Notes: generated by a model not told the origin, from the sequence alone. DNA of 64,000 bases from Selaginella moellendorffii (GCF_000143415.4 NW_003314336.1:903470-967469); one strand, 5' to 3'; counted from the first letter of the stretch, positions 33,453 through 46,850 are shown. Program-made: numbers and translations.

Positions 33453-35288
33453 CTATCTTATGATCGTGTTTGCGAGCAACGCGTGCGATCCGGCATCAGC
33501 GGTGGAACCGAGCAGCAGCATTCCTGATCTCGCACGATTCTGATCGACCGACGCCACAAGCGCGCCCCAGGCCGCAAAATCTGGCTCGAATGGCATCGAT
33601 TTCGTGAGCTCCTCGGCCTCGGCCAGTTTTCCAGCGCGACCTAGGATCGCGACCATGGAGCAGTAGTGGTCTTTCACGGGGAGGAGCCCAAAATCCGTGC
33701 TCATTCCGGTAAAGATCTGCCACGCTCGGGCCAGCAGACCCTGGTGGATGCACGACGATAGAGCGCTCGTCACGATCACCTCGCAGATCCTCTCGCCCTC
33801 CATCTTCATCGCCGATAAGAGCTCCATGGCCGCGTCCGCGCCCTCGCCGCGTTGCGCAAAACCCTCGATCACGGTGCTCCACGAAATGGAATCGCGCTGC
33901 TCCATCCGATCGAATGTCCTCCTCGCGCGCATCAGGTCGCAGCTGCGCGCCTGGATTGCGAGAAACACATTCCACGACTCGAGATTTCTCTCGGGATTGC
34001 TGTAGAACATCTCCATCGCGTGCTGGAACCGAGAGCTCCTGGCGTAAGCGCTCATCATCGCGTTCCAAGCCACGGCATCCCTCTCCGGCATCGCGTCGAA
34101 AAGAATTCTCGCGGATTCCCAGTTCTGGAGCGCGATCATCGTCGTAAAGCTCGCGAGATCGTGGCGAGGCATCGAATGAAACACCGCGATCGCGGCTTCA
34201 TCTTGCCTTGCCCGGGCAAGTGCGCTCAACAGAGAGCTCCAACACCCAAGATGCCACTCCGGCATCTTGTCGAAGAATTCCTTGCATTCCTCCACGCGAT
34301 CGCTCTGCGCAAGCGTCGTGAGCATCAAATACCAGGACACTATATCCGATTCGGGCATTCCGCGAAAGAAATCCTTCACAAGATCAAGTTGCTTGTTTTC
34401 GGCAAATGCGGCAAGAAGTATGTTCCATGAGACAATGTCCCACTCGGGCATCTTGTCAAAGAGATTTTTTGTGTGCTCTATCTCTAGGGCTGCCGCACAG
34501 GCTTGGAGGAGTGAATTATAGGTGACGATTGTTTTCTCCGGGGCCGCATGGAATAGATCCCTCACGCTCGCAAGCGATTGTTTGCCAAGCTGGGAGAACG
34601 CTGCCATCGCGGCATTCCATGAGAGAACACTCCTCTCCGGCATTGAATCAAACGCCGACATCGCCGCTGCTATGTGACCATTGACTCCATAGCACGCGAT
34701 CAGGCTGTTGTAGGCCACCACATCCCATCCCGGCATAGCATCAAAGAGAGATTTGACAACATCAAGATGCCTTGCCTCGGTAAACGCTTGGATCATCAAA
34801 GACCAAGAGACGACATCGCGGTTTGGGTGACATTCAAACATTTTCTTGGCTTGATCAAACTCTCCGTTAAGTATAAAAGCTTTTAGGAGTGTGTTCCACG
34901 AAAATACGTTCCACTCGGGCATCACGGCAAACACATTCTTCGCCTCTTCAAAATGCCCGATGTTGGTATATGCACATAGCATCACAGTCCACGTTACTAT
35001 GTTCCTCTCGAGCGCACTGTCAAAGACGTTCTTGGCGCCGTGGGCATTGCCTTGATCGGCATACACAGTAAGCATAAGAGACCACGAGAAAAGATTGTGC
35101 GCGGACATGGAATCAAACATTGCGCGAGCCTCGTCTGGGCTGCCGCAGCGCCCATACATCTGGACGATAAGATTTCCAAGATAGAGGCTCTGGTCAGCCG
35201 GGGGGATTCCGCGGTGGATCGCCCGCGCGTCGTCCAACTCCCGCGCCTCTCGAATCGCATTTGCCCAGTGTAACGTCCGGTGTCCCAT
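33453..35288 (-). CDS. PLS/SS-class pentatricopeptide repeat protein with truncated E domain
   Basis: Same repeat type; LSSCIHQGL...LGRAGKLAEA...MPFEPD..AWGAL...HALLAN. Confidence 0.92.
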   Translation of the reverse strand: MGHRTLHWANAIREARELDDARAIHRGIPPADQSLYLGNLIVQMYGRCGSPDEARAMFDSMSAHNLFSWSLMLTVYADQGNAHGAKNVFDSALERNIVTWTVMLCAYTNIGHFEEAKNVFAVMPEWNVFSWNTLLKAFILNGEFDQAKKMFECHPNRDVVSWSLMIQAFTEARHLDVVKSLFDAMPGWDVVAYNSLIACYGVNGHIAAAMSAFDSMPERSVLSWNAAMAAFSQLGKQSLASVRDLFHAAPEKTIVTYNSLLQACAAALEIEHTKNLFDKMPEWDIVSWNILLAAFAENKQLDLVKDFFRGMPESDIVSWYLMLTTLAQSDRVEECKEFFDKMPEWHLGCWSSLLSALARARQDEAAIAVFHSMPRHDLASFTTMIALQNWESARILFDAMPERDAVAWNAMMSAYARSSRFQHAMEMFYSNPERNLESWNVFLAIQARSCDLMRARRTFDRMEQRDSISWSTVIEGFAQRGEGADAAMELLSAMKMEGERICEVIVTSALSSCIHQGLLARAWQIFTGMSTDFGLLPVKDHYCSMVAILGRAGKLAEAEELTKSMPFEPDFAAWGALVASVDQNRARSGMLLLGSTADAGSHALLANTIIR

Positions 35289-35910
35289 GGACGTGAACGC
35301 CGCCGTCAGTCAGGCAACGGTCACAAGGAAAGGATATTCCGCGAATTTGCTTGCGAAATATTCTCGCCTCCACTCTGCTGTGAGACCACAGTGTTGGTCA
35401 GCTGAGTGCGTGTACTTTGCTTGTCTCGTCTAACCCACTAGGGTAGAAGAAAAAGAGGGCTACCGTACGAGGAGAATATTTCAGTATGACAAGTCTCTCA
35501 TACTTTTTTAGGGTTCTTATTTCTCTGGAGACAGGGGACCACGCTCATGCGCTATCGATCGATCGCATCAATCGTGAATGCGTGATCGGTTCTTAGGCGC
35601 GCTGATTGTAGCAAGCATCTGAGGGCGAGCAGTGGGATTATCTTTTGGATGCATTGATTGGCAGCAATCTTCGCAGCAAAGTCTAATTGATTTTGTGAGG
35701 GGATTTGATTGATTTCATGTTTGTTTGTTTGTCGTGGCAACAGAGGGATCTGCCACTAACTGCGAAAGGGTCGTGTCATGGGACACCCGCTACATTATTT
35801 TACGGTCTAGAGCTTGCCAGAATAAAAATGCGCTCCCTGAGGCACAAGTGTTGTTGTTGTTGTTCTTCTTCCTCGGCTGGACAACGAGGTTCTTGTCGCT
35901 CGGGAATTCC

Positions 35911-38210
35911 ATGGCAGCGGCAGGAACACCAGCGGCAGCGTCCGAATGGGAAGTTGGCATCGACGAGCCAACGAGGGGCCAAGTTCCTATTCCTGAGGTA
36001 TGTAGATTTTATCTTCTTATTCCTTGTGGTAAATAGTTCGTTGTGCTTGGCTTGTTTCCAGAGGAAGGGCTGGAGGAAGCTTGCGGCTTATGTCGGGCCT
36101 GGCTATCTCGTCTGCATTGCTTACATCGATCCGGCGAACTGTAAGTCCCAACAACATCCACTCTTACCTTCAACAATTCTAACTTGTGGTGTGCAGTCGA
36201 GAGTGACCTTCAATCGGGAGCAAACTTTAAATATGAGGTCTACTTGAGGTCTCCTTTCTTTTGAGAGCTCCGGTCGTTGCGTGGACGAAGTGTGTGAAGT
36301 CTTAACGCTTTGGAACTGTGCAGCTGCTGTGGGTCCTTCTTATCGCATCGATTTCGGCGTTGATCATTCAGTCTCTGGCAGCCAACTTGGGAGTTGTCAC
36401 ACGCAAGTTTGCTCATGTTTTGGTGCTCGATAGAGAGCTGACTCGGCGTTTGTCTTGCTTTTTCCAGGGAAGCACTTGGCAGAGCACTGCCGGATAGAAT
36501 ATGCACGACCGTTGAACTTCGTGCTGTGGATCCTTGCTGAAGTGTGCATCATAGCCAGTGACATTCCTGAAGGTTGTTGGAGGGCGTTGTTTCGAGCAAA
36601 ATGTACTGACTCCTCTGCGCTCCTTTTTCCTTTCAGTCATAGGGACGGCATTTGCGTTGAACATCCTGTTCAGGCTTCCAGTGTGGATTGGAGTTCTTCT
36701 AACAGGATTCAGCACTCTCATTTTGCTTGCGATACAACAGTATGGGGTAAAACTTTCGAAGATATGATACTTGAAGCCATTGCAAGCTCTTTGTTTCTCA
36801 ACCACACAGGTTCGGAAACTCGAGCTGGTGGTGGCGCTGTTCGTGTTCATCATGGCTGGATGTTTCTTTGTGGAGCTTGGATATGCCAAGCCCGACGCAG
36901 GCGAAGTCCTGAAAGGCTTGTTTGTTCCTCGATTGAATGGGCATGGAGCAACAGGAATTGCAATTTCCTTGCTTGGTGCTATGGTTATGCCGTGAGTTTC
37001 TTCTGTCTTTGCCTTCTTCCTACTTCTCTAATGGCTTTTTATTCTTGCCAGGCATAATCTCTTCCTTCACTCAGCGATCGTCTTGACTCGAAAAATCCCA
37101 TACTCAACGAATGGAATCAAGGTATGTCTGATGCCTACATAACTGAAGATGTGGGAGTTTTCTTTGTATTTTGGCAGGATGGATGTCGGTACTACATAAT
37201 GGAGAGTGGCTTCGCCTTGTTTCTCGCCTTCCTCATCAACATAGCAGTAATTTGTGTAAGTGCTTCGGTTTGTAACAACCCCCACTTGTCATCCGTCTAC
37301 AAAGACGACTGTGGGGATTTGGACCTCAACAGGGCCTCCTTCTTGCTAAGAGTATTGTTTGAGATCATTGTTTCGATTCTTAAACGTTAATCCCTTCTTT
37401 TCATTTTCTCAGAACGTTCTTGGCAAATGGAGCTCAGTGGTGTTCGGCGTGGCGCTTTTAGCGTCTGGCCAGAGTTCGACGATAACTGGGACTTTTGCTG
37501 GCCAGTACGTGATGCAGGTACCGCTACTAGTTTCTTGACAACTCATCACATATAAGACTTTGTGGACCTCAGGGATTCCTTGACTTGCGCTTGAAACCAT
37601 GGATCCGGAATTTGCTAACGAGGCTGGTTGCTATAATTCCAAGCCTTGCAGTGGCATTGATCAGTGGTTCCAGGGGAGCTGGAAAACTTATCATTGTATC
37701 ATCGGTTAGTGTGTCTCGATCGATTTTCTTGATCTGATATCTTACATTCTCAGATGATTCTGGCGTTCCAGCTTCCATTTGCTCTTGTGCCTCTTCTGAA
37801 ATTCACCAGCAGCTCCATGAAAATGGGTCCTCACATGAACTCACTATGGGTAACACAATGTGTTTGTGGAATACTTCTAAAAGAATTTTGTGTGCGTGCA
37901 GCTCACAGTGTTGACATGGTTGATTGGCATGGGAGTGATTACCATCAACATGTACTTCTTGATAACGTCCTTCGTCAAATGGCTCATCCATGGCCACCTT
38001 GCCAAGGCAGGGCGTGTTGTGATTGGCTTGCTGGTATTCAAGGCCATCTTGGCATACCTTGTCACCCTTTGCTACTTGGCATTTCGGACAGAGACTAAGC
38101 CAACGTACATCGTCCCTCCCAATGAGGGAGGCAAGAGCCCTCAGCCAGATTCTAATGGGATGGTGGTCCCAAGGGAAGACCTCTCTGGTCTCACTTTTCG
38201 AACTAGGTGA
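35911..38210 (+). CDS. NRAMP: NRAMP metal-ion transporter (NRAMP1-type, multi-exon)
   Basis: [66 protein letters not shown]; one likely GC-AG intron near 36403-36467. Confidence 0.95.
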
Positions 38211-39112
38211 TTGCACTTTTATATATTGAAGGTTTACTTTTATATATTTGCAAAGGTTATTCTTTGAAGTCAAAACCTACTAAGCTACCTAGATTCAAGC
38301 CTATCCAGTTGTAGTATTTTTTAATTGATCTAGTTGTGGGGCTTTAGCCCCTTTTTAGGCATGGCATTCAAAACGAAAAGTGTTTGAAAAGAGCATTGTT
38401 TATGGTATAATTTTTAAATAGTTTTTACAATTTAAAATGATTTAATTTTGTAAGGTTTATATTTATATATATATATATAAAACATATAAACCATCCATTT
38501 GGGATTGAATCTAATCCATCCATTCTTATATATAAATAGAAGTCTAAATTCCTATATCTTTCACATTGGTGGAGGTGAAGAGTGTTGCAATTTGTCTCTA
38601 AATTGGAAAGCAAAGTGTTTTAATAGTGTTTTGCTCTAATGTTTAGGACTAGTATTAAATATTCAGGGGGAGGTTTGTTTTGGGTCAAGTTGGATTTGAA
38701 CTAGTATAGGCATTGCCAGCAGATTTACAATCCATCCCCATTAACTGCTCGAACATTGACTTGGTGGTACTATGATAATAGGGACACTCTAAGTGGCAAT
38801 GAGTGTCAGGAGAGGCTCAAAGAGCAATGTGAGACTTAAAAATCCTTAGGCCCCAAAGAGGAGCCGAAAGGGTGCCATGTGGTAGTGGCCAAAGCGAAAG
38901 CTAAACAAGCATAACACGTTTAGATTAAAATCTTCAACTTGAAGAGTTGAGAGTGAGAGTGAAACTCCTGACGGAGTGCTCAAGGAACGAGCATGAAGTG
39001 AGCAATAAGAGTCTCTAGAAAAGGGACACAAAAGGACCAACACATGACATGTGGTGGAGTCTGAGATGGAGTCCGAGATGGAGTCCAAAATGAAGTCCAA
39101 GATGGACCCAAG

Positions 39113-39706
39113 TGTAAGCAACCAAAAAGAACGACTTGAGAGACGGTTCATTGGGTTCAAATATAGAGGGAAAGGGCCCATGAATAAGAGTGCACCCCCT
39201 TTTCCAATTGGTTAAGGGTCTTGGGATACTTAGGGTTAAACGTCCTTGGGTTTGAATAGTACTGGGTTGCATGACCTTCCGGGAAGTCCAAATTCAGGAG
39301 CTTACATTTGGTATCAGAGCGGGTCTCGGGTCCGACTCTGTTGGTTGGCTAAGGGAATCGCACCACATGTTGATTGACATTTGGCTGGTCCAGTTTGCTC
39401 CCACTGGGCTCGACCTGAGGGGTAGGGTGTCAAGAGAGCGAGGCTCTCAGGAGAGCTGCGGCTCTCAGCTTCCGTTCATGAGGGCGTGAACTTGCAGGGA
39501 AGCGTGGTGGATTGTAAGCAACCAAAGAGAACAACTTGAGAGACAGTCCATGGGGTTCAAATATAGAGGGAAAGGGCCCATGAATAAGAATGCACCCCCT
39601 TTTCCAATTGGTTAAGGGTCTTGGGATACTTGGGGTTAAGCGTCCTTGGGTTTGAATAGTACTGGGTTGGGTGACCTCTCGGGAAGTCCAAATTCCAGAG
39701 CTTACA
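39113..39706 (+). mobile_element. Cassandra-type TRIM no. 1 (5S rRNA-derived LTRs), complete
   Basis: LTRs 39113-39306 and 39513-39706 (TG...CA); PBS TGGTATCAGAGC at 39309-39320; ~206-bp internal region; perfect TSD CCAAG. Confidence 0.93.
39634..39689 (+). promoter_or_regulatory. 5S rRNA-derived Pol III internal promoter segment (A-box, IE, C-box) in Cassandra LTR
   Basis: GGTTAAGCGTCCTTGGGTTTGAATAGTACTGGGTTGGGTGACCTCTCGGGAAGTCC versus plant 5S AGTTAAGCGTGCTTGGGCGAGAGTAGTACTAGGATGGGTGACCTCCTGGGAAGTCC; present in all four LTRs. Confidence 0.9.
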
Positions 39707-41459
39707 CCAAGATGGAGTCTGAGATGGAGTCCGAGATGGAATCTAAGATGGAGGCTGAGACCGAGCCCGAGCCCGAGTCTGAACCTGAGTCCAAGTCCAA
39801 GTCCGAGTCCGAGGGTGAAAGCCCAAAGCATTCATCTCCCAAACCATAGGGGGTTTGGTGAGCCCGGGAGATCGAATGGCCAATGCTTCCAATCCAAGTA
39901 TGGGTGGCATTACTTATTTGGATACTTAGCATGGCTCAATGGAACCTCGCTCTAAGCTCATGGCTAGAGCACCCAAAGGCAGAAGGTGGGGAGAGTACCC
40001 ATGAGGCTCGTGTAAGGCCACAATGTTTCGAAATGTTGTCCCAAAGTCCTAAACTATGGAAAGGAAGAGGAGTGGTCCTCTGGTGTAGTGACCAATCATA
40101 TAGTCATGTGGTAAGGAAGTCCCAGAGGACAATGGGACTTAGTGGTTAGGCCTGTGGGCCTTGTCCCAATGACAGTGTTGGCAAACACGGCCATAGACAA
40201 AAAAGTGACTTGGTGGGGACTGTAAAAGGGATATTAGGGAAGGTTGTTCCCCATATCTGCGGGCATCTTAAGGATGCTAAGGAGTGGACTTAGGATGGTC
40301 ACTCATGGATAGATAGCCCAGTCTTTGAGAGACGGGACTGCGATGCAAGTGGTGTTAGACCACCAGTGTGACCAAGGTGAATGGGCATGGATTTAGCATA
40401 ATGGGCTAGTATGTCAATGGTACTTTGGGGTGTCGGTCATGGGATCGAACACGTGGAGCACTTGGACCAAGTGCAATGGTTGAGTGGCATGGATGCCATT
40501 TTTAGGGCTAGTAAGTCCCTAAGTCCAGAATAGGACTTATGGAGGTTGTGAGTGAGACTCCTTCAAGTGGTTGAAGGTGTGGTTAAGTGATTAAAGTAAA
40601 ATGGAAAATTTAGTCATTTACAATTTGGTATTGGAGCTGTTCCTTAGTCTGAATTTTATTGGTGCTCAAGTATATCACCACTGGTGTTGGTATCGGAAGG
40701 TCTTAGTTGTGGGCCTATCCTTGGGGAGTAGCAAGTCGGGAAGACATAGCTCTCCACTATAGTTCATGTGTGAACTTGTAGCTAGGGTGGAGGGAATGAC
40801 TTTGGGATCTTGGAAACAGTATAAAGTTTTCCTCAAAGAGTTAAGGATGTGATCCAGATGAGCATTTAACTTAGCAAACTGACTAATGTAGTTGTGTTAA
40901 ATAATTATAGTTGGGATCACAGGGAAGGTAAAGACTCCAAAACAATAAAAGAGTCACAAGATTACCCTCATGTGGTTGAGGCTAGTGCTCATGAATTTAA
41001 GATTAGAATTGATGACCATAGGAGGTCAAATACAAAGGAGGACATAAGTCCTTGAAATAGTAGCCGAGGCTACCTTTTATAAATGTTGGAACAAATCCAA
41101 GGAGTTGGGGATGTGCTCAGAGGATGAGGGTATTTTCATCATATGGATGGATAGTCTTAAGGGGCAAAGGTAGCCCACAGAAAATAGGGAATAATCAAGT
41201 GTTAGAGCAATATTTGCAAAGATGGTCCTTATGAATGGGACATGAATATAACAAGATGTATTCTATTGAATTGACACCTCAACACTAGGACCTCATGGGT
41301 CATCAGATTAGCAAAGTCCAAAAAGCTGGATGACTCAAGTAGAGTCCAGAAATGGTCCTAAGGGATTAGTAGAAACATTTGGACTGAGGTGTGTTATGCC
41401 CCACAAAGGATAGAGAGGATCATAAGATCCAAGTATGAGAATAATGGGTATCTCATTGG

Positions 41460-42169
41460 TGTAAGCAACCAAAGAGAATGACTCGAGAGATGATCCATGG
41501 GGTTCAAATATAGAGGGAAAGAGCCTATGAACAAGAGTGCACCCCCTTTTCCAATCGATTAAGGGTTTTGGGATACTTGGGATTAAGTGTTCTTGGGTTT
41601 GAATAGTACTGGGTTGGGTGACCTCCCGGGAAGTCTAAATTCAGGAGCTTATATTTGGTATTAGAGGGGTCTCGAGTCCAACTGGGTTGGGTGACCTCCC
41701 GGGAAGTCCAAATTCAGGAGCTTACATTTGGTATAAGAGGGGTCTCGAGTCCGACTCTGTTGGTTGTCTAGGGGAATTACACCGGGGTCTTGAGTTCGAC
41801 TCTATTGATTAGCTAGGGGAATCACACCACATGTTGATTGACATCTGGTAGGTCCAGTTTACTCTCGGCTGGGCTTGACATAAGGGGTAGGGTGTCAAGA
41901 GAGTAGGGCTCTTGGGAGAGCTGCGGCTCTCGGCTTCTGTTCACGAAGGCGTGAACTTGCAAGGAAGCATGATGAATTGTAAGCAATCAAAGAGAACGAC
42001 TCAAGAGACGATCCATGAGGTTCAAATATAGAGGGAAAGGGCCATGAATAAGAGTGCACCCCCTTTTCCAATTGGTTAAGGTCTTGGGATACTTAGGGTT
42101 AAGTGTCCTTGGGTTTGAATAGTACTGGATTGGGTGACCTCCCGGGAAGTCCAAATTCAGGAGCTTACA
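41460..42169 (+). mobile_element. Cassandra-type TRIM no. 2 with internal duplication of LTR 3' end and PBS
   Basis: LTRs 41460-41653 and 41978-42169; duplicated C-box/PBS segment at about 41681-41750; TSD ATTGG/ATTAG. Confidence 0.88.
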
Positions 42170-45005
42170 ATTAGTGGTAAAATATGCCATACTAAAGTTG
42201 TGGATAACTCTATAGTGCAGTGCTAATGGATATTTGGCATGAGAAACAATGCTATTAGTCTTAACAAAGACATAGACACAAGTAAGAAATGCTATTGGTC
42301 TTAGCAAAGACATAGACACAAGTAAGAAGTGTCATAAAGGTAGCTTTGTGGAGCCGATGGTGTGGAAACACCGAATGTGCTAAGGCGTGATGCCTTGATA
42401 TCAAGTTGGTGGGTTTATGAAAATGCCTTCCCAAGGAATTCTAATGGAAAAGGAAATGGTATAGCCTAAGCTGGAAGACATACAATTAGAGTGTGGTGAC
42501 CTAGATAATGATGGAAGTGTGGAAGCACCAGTAATGAATTGTAGGATTTGACCACTATGAGGCAACTAAGCAAAATGTGTAAAATATAAACTGGTAAAAG
42601 GTAACTACCTAAGACTTTTTATTAGGATAAAGAAGTTAGATATACCTTTATATGGGGGATAAATTGCTTATATTGCGATATAGTAAGTCAATGTCGTAAA
42701 GGGAATGCTCATTGAAAAAGGCCATTATTGGGACACCCAAACACTCTAAAACACCAAGAAGTGGTATTTGGTGTCATGAGAGCATTAGATAAGGCATGAG
42801 GGACTAAGTCTCTAACAAATGATAGATAGTAAGTGCTATTCAATGTCCAAAGTTGCAAAGACGAGAGTAGTCCGTTTATTTGAATTGAACAAAACCAAAA
42901 AAGGATTTTGGCAAGGTTAGTGATGGGCATATAAAAAGCACATAAGTAACAGTGTTAATCCCAGTGTGTGGGATTACAAGGTGAGCGTACCTGAATTGAG
43001 GAACCACTCCTTAGGCTATTGGGTAGGTTCATCCCCAAGAATATTTGCTAAGGCATGGTAGAAAGTGCAAAGTTATCCTCTTAATCTAGAAGAGAATAAC
43101 CGAAAGAAACGTGTGGAGCCAAAAGCAAGTAATAAAGGGATAAAACTGAACCATATTAATCGAAGGGCATAACCAAGGGTGGTTATGTAACTTGAGAGTG
43201 GAGAATTAAGAGGTGCTCGAACGTGTTGTTACTAACAACCATGATGCCATGGAGAGTCTAAAATATGGAATTATCCATGTTAGACTATATGGCAATTAAA
43301 AAGCTTGTGAAAAGAGAGGCCTTAGCAAACTAAAAGACAGAGTTCATTCAATGTTCCTAAAGACAATTCTAAGTAGTTTAGTACTTAGAAAACTAAATGT
43401 AAATAGTTCATAGAACACGCGAAATCAGAGTGGTGCAGCAGAAGTGTAGTCTTGGAACTTGCTATAAAGCAAGGCTATCAAGGTTGGGGAAGTAGTTCCT
43501 GAATGTTCAAAGGGATGGCTTTGAACAAAAGTCAATGGTTAAAGACTTTCACGTTTATGCATGAACTATGTTACGGTGATTGAATGACTTGCTAAGCGAG
43601 GTTGGCAAGTTGGGGGAATAAGTACCTAGTTGAAGGTGTTAACTTCAAAAGGGGCGACCCATAGGGCCAAGCGTGGAGAAGTCCATACATGATCACAAAC
43701 TTGTCAAGTGAGAGGACTTGGCAATGCAGAGGAACTAAGTTCTTAAGCTGTGGTCTATAACACGTTTTGGGTATAAATTAGTGCACTAGTATGGGAGTCA
43801 CACCAGGCATCTTGGGTGATGCCATCTCGTGATGCATATATGGAGGTTAGGTTCAAGTCCCAACCCTTTAATGCTTGGGTTTGAGTCCTAAATCACTAGA
43901 GCGTGGTGATAGTTTGGAATATGGGGACACTTATATTTCGGTGGTCATGAACTCTCAATGAGGAGATTAGCTTGGGCACACTGCCAAGCAGGGGATGCCC
44001 CGGAGTCATGATACATGGTTAAATTGCTTAGAGTGAAAGCTTGGCATATCCAACTTGAACACTTTGGTGCAAGTGGCACCAAGGACGTGGTGAATGAGAT
44101 GAGGACACCTAGTCTTAGTTGCTATGGACCCTTGGCCGGAAAGGCTAGCTTGGGCGCACTACAAAGTATGGGGGATGCCCCCGGGGTCATAGTTAACAAT
44201 TTAAAAGGGTCTGGAGGACCTAGTACCTATTAGCAAACCTATTAAATATTAGATTATTAGGTGATCTTATGGCTAAACAAGGACGGGGGCCTTGTGAGGT
44301 TAAAGAAGAAGGTCCCTAGTTCAAAGTGTTGATTTGAACTATTGATAATGGTGTGATTTGGTCAAAGTGATCAAATGGGAAGGACACCAAAAGGGAAATC
44401 AGTGTGTCAATGGGATGTTATAATAAGTCCAAGAAAGTAGTCTCTAGGAAAGACCCATGGGAGAGTTGAAAAGTTGAGCCGTCAATGGAGCCTATAACAA
44501 AAAATGCTAAAGAGACCTACTAAGGGTGAACACCTTATGGACTTGGCAAAATGAAGCCTTTGTAATAAAACCAAAATGATACCTCAAGAATGGAGGTAGT
44601 GATTCTATATTGCTTGGTGCAACCATTAAAGGATAGGAGCAAAAGATTAATGGCCAAGTGTGGGCCATGAAATTCGTTAAAAGGAATTTAAATGGCAATA
44701 TTATGTGAGGAACACTAATGTATTAGATGTTAACAGATATTGGGAAAAGGAATATGTTTCCAAGGATGGATTCCTAAATGCTCCAATTTGATAAAGGTGA
44801 AAGCTCCAAGGGAGGGAGTGACAAGGTAACCAAATGATAGGGTTGTGGACAGCCTTAGCACAACTTATGATAGCTGGAACTTAGTGCTAAGATGGCACGA
44901 AATAAAAAGAGGATGATGGTGCCATCAAATAAAGAACTTCCTAGGATAGGGAAGTGGAATTTGCACAATATATGTAATGAAAGGTGTCGAAAACACCTAG
45001 GAAAT

Positions 45006-46123
45006 TGTAAGGAACCAACTCCCCGAGGTGTCATAGGCTAAAGTATCCCCGAAAGCATGACCAAAATGACAAAGAGTTCATCGGATGGGACCGAGTCTGA
45101 GATCGAGTCCAAGACCGACTTTAAGACCGACTCTAAGACCGAGTTCGAGATGGAGTTCGGAATCGAGTCCGAGGCCAATTTGGAGACCGAGTTCGAGACC
45201 GAGTTCGAGACAAAGTCCGAGATCCGAAAACGGTCCGAGACTGAGTCCGAGATCGAGTCCGAAGTTGAGTCCGAGATCAGGTTCAAGATCGAGTCCGAGA
45301 CTGAATCCGAAGTCGGGTCCGAGATTGAGTCTAAGATCGAGTCCGAGACCAAGTCCAAGTACTAATACAGGTCAAGGGGTGAAAACCCAAAGCATGCGTC
45401 TCCCGAGGGGGGTAGGGATAATGAGGTCCAAGAACCAGTCTTGAAGGAACTCTCCAGTGGTGCTTCCAAACTGACTTAAGGTTAAGACTGAGGCCGAGGG
45501 GCCTTGGGTGGGAGTGAGCATGGACTCGGGTGGTGCCGAAGGGGCCACCCAGGGAAGTGCTCAAGAGCAGCTCCCACTCCCAAAAGGGAAACCGATTGCA
45601 GTGCTCCCGGCTCATGTGGAATGGTGCCTCACTTGAGTACCGTGTGGCTCATTGGTCCTCACCCTTCCTAGGGGCTTGGGCCTTTCCTTCGGGATGGAAG
45701 TGGGGGGGTAGAGGTACCCATATTGGGCCGTTAGGCCATAGTGTTTCGCCCCGGCGTCCCGAAGCAAGTGTTGCACCCAAGACTTGGGATTTAGAGGGTC
45801 CCATGATCAAGTCTTGTGGTACCAAGGGATGTTAGGAACCTAGAGGCTTGGTGTGCTTGGCTGCTTGTGCCTGCGAGGAGTGTAACCGAACCTTAAGTCT
45901 AGTTTAACCTAGAGAGGGGCATTAGGAGAGATTTGGGAATCCGTGGATGGATGGTTAATGCTTTGTTGCTCGTGCAGTGAGTAGCTGAAACCAAGTAGGA
46001 CCAAGTAGGAGATGGTACCATAGGTGGGGACCTTGGTGAGGGAACTTAGCAAAAGCCAAAGCCGTGTTGGACAGATAGACGAGGTAACCTGGCAAATTGG
46101 AAAGGAAAAATTTGTGGCTTACA
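45006..46123 (+). mobile_element. Solo LTR of chromovirus family 'C'
   Basis: TGTAAGGAACC...GGCTTACA, homologous to 51719-52862; perfect TSD GAAAT. Confidence 0.94.
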
Positions 46124-46850
46124 GAAATTAACTTCGAGAAGTCAAGACTAAAAGTTCCAAAGAAGAATGGTTATATCGATGGAAGTTGAGACTACTCAAG
46201 AATGAGTAGTGGGATTGAGATAGATAAGGTGTCTTTAACAAGTTTAGCAAGAACTAAACCAATAAAAGGGAGAGAACCACCACAGGTGGTTGAATAAGTC
46301 TTTATGTTGAAGAGACTAAGCTCCTTAGAGGATGGACAAAGCATGGTGAGCCTTTGGTGTCAAACCATTGACAAATATTGGTTAGGTGCCAAGGATGGAA
46401 AGGGTAATATATGTTAGAATTACTTTATAAAATAGTTTATCGTTCAATGAGGACATCGAACTTCGTCTATAAGTGGTGGAGTTGTGAAATATAAAAATCC
46501 TTAAGCCCCAAAGAAGAGCCGAAAGGGTGTTATGTGGTAGTGGCCAAAGTGAAAGCCAAATGAGCGTAACATGTTTGGACTAAAAGCTCCAACTTGAAAA
46601 GTCAAGAGTGGGAGTGGAACTCCTGACGGAATGCTTAAGGAACAAGCATGAAGTGAGTAATAAAAGAATCTCTAGAAAAGGGATACAAAAGGACCAACAC
46701 ATGACATGTGGTGGAGTCCGAGATGGAGTCCGAGATGGACCTAAAATGGATCCGAGATGGAGTTCAAGATGGAGTCCGAGATGGAGTTCAAGATGGACCT
46801 GAGATGGACCCGAGATGGTGTCTGAGATGGACCAAGATGGAATTCGAGAT

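Noticed and set aside
39634-39689. Functional 5S rRNA gene
   Set aside because: Only the internal ~56 nt match; it lacks the 5S 5' part and sits inside TG...CA LTRs, so it is Cassandra-derived.
45038-45444. ESETE-, RVRD- and SP-rich ORFs (also 39430-39955, 51770-52072, 58153-58467)
   Set aside because: Artefacts of stop-free 6/12-bp tandem repeats in LTRs; frames differ between copies.
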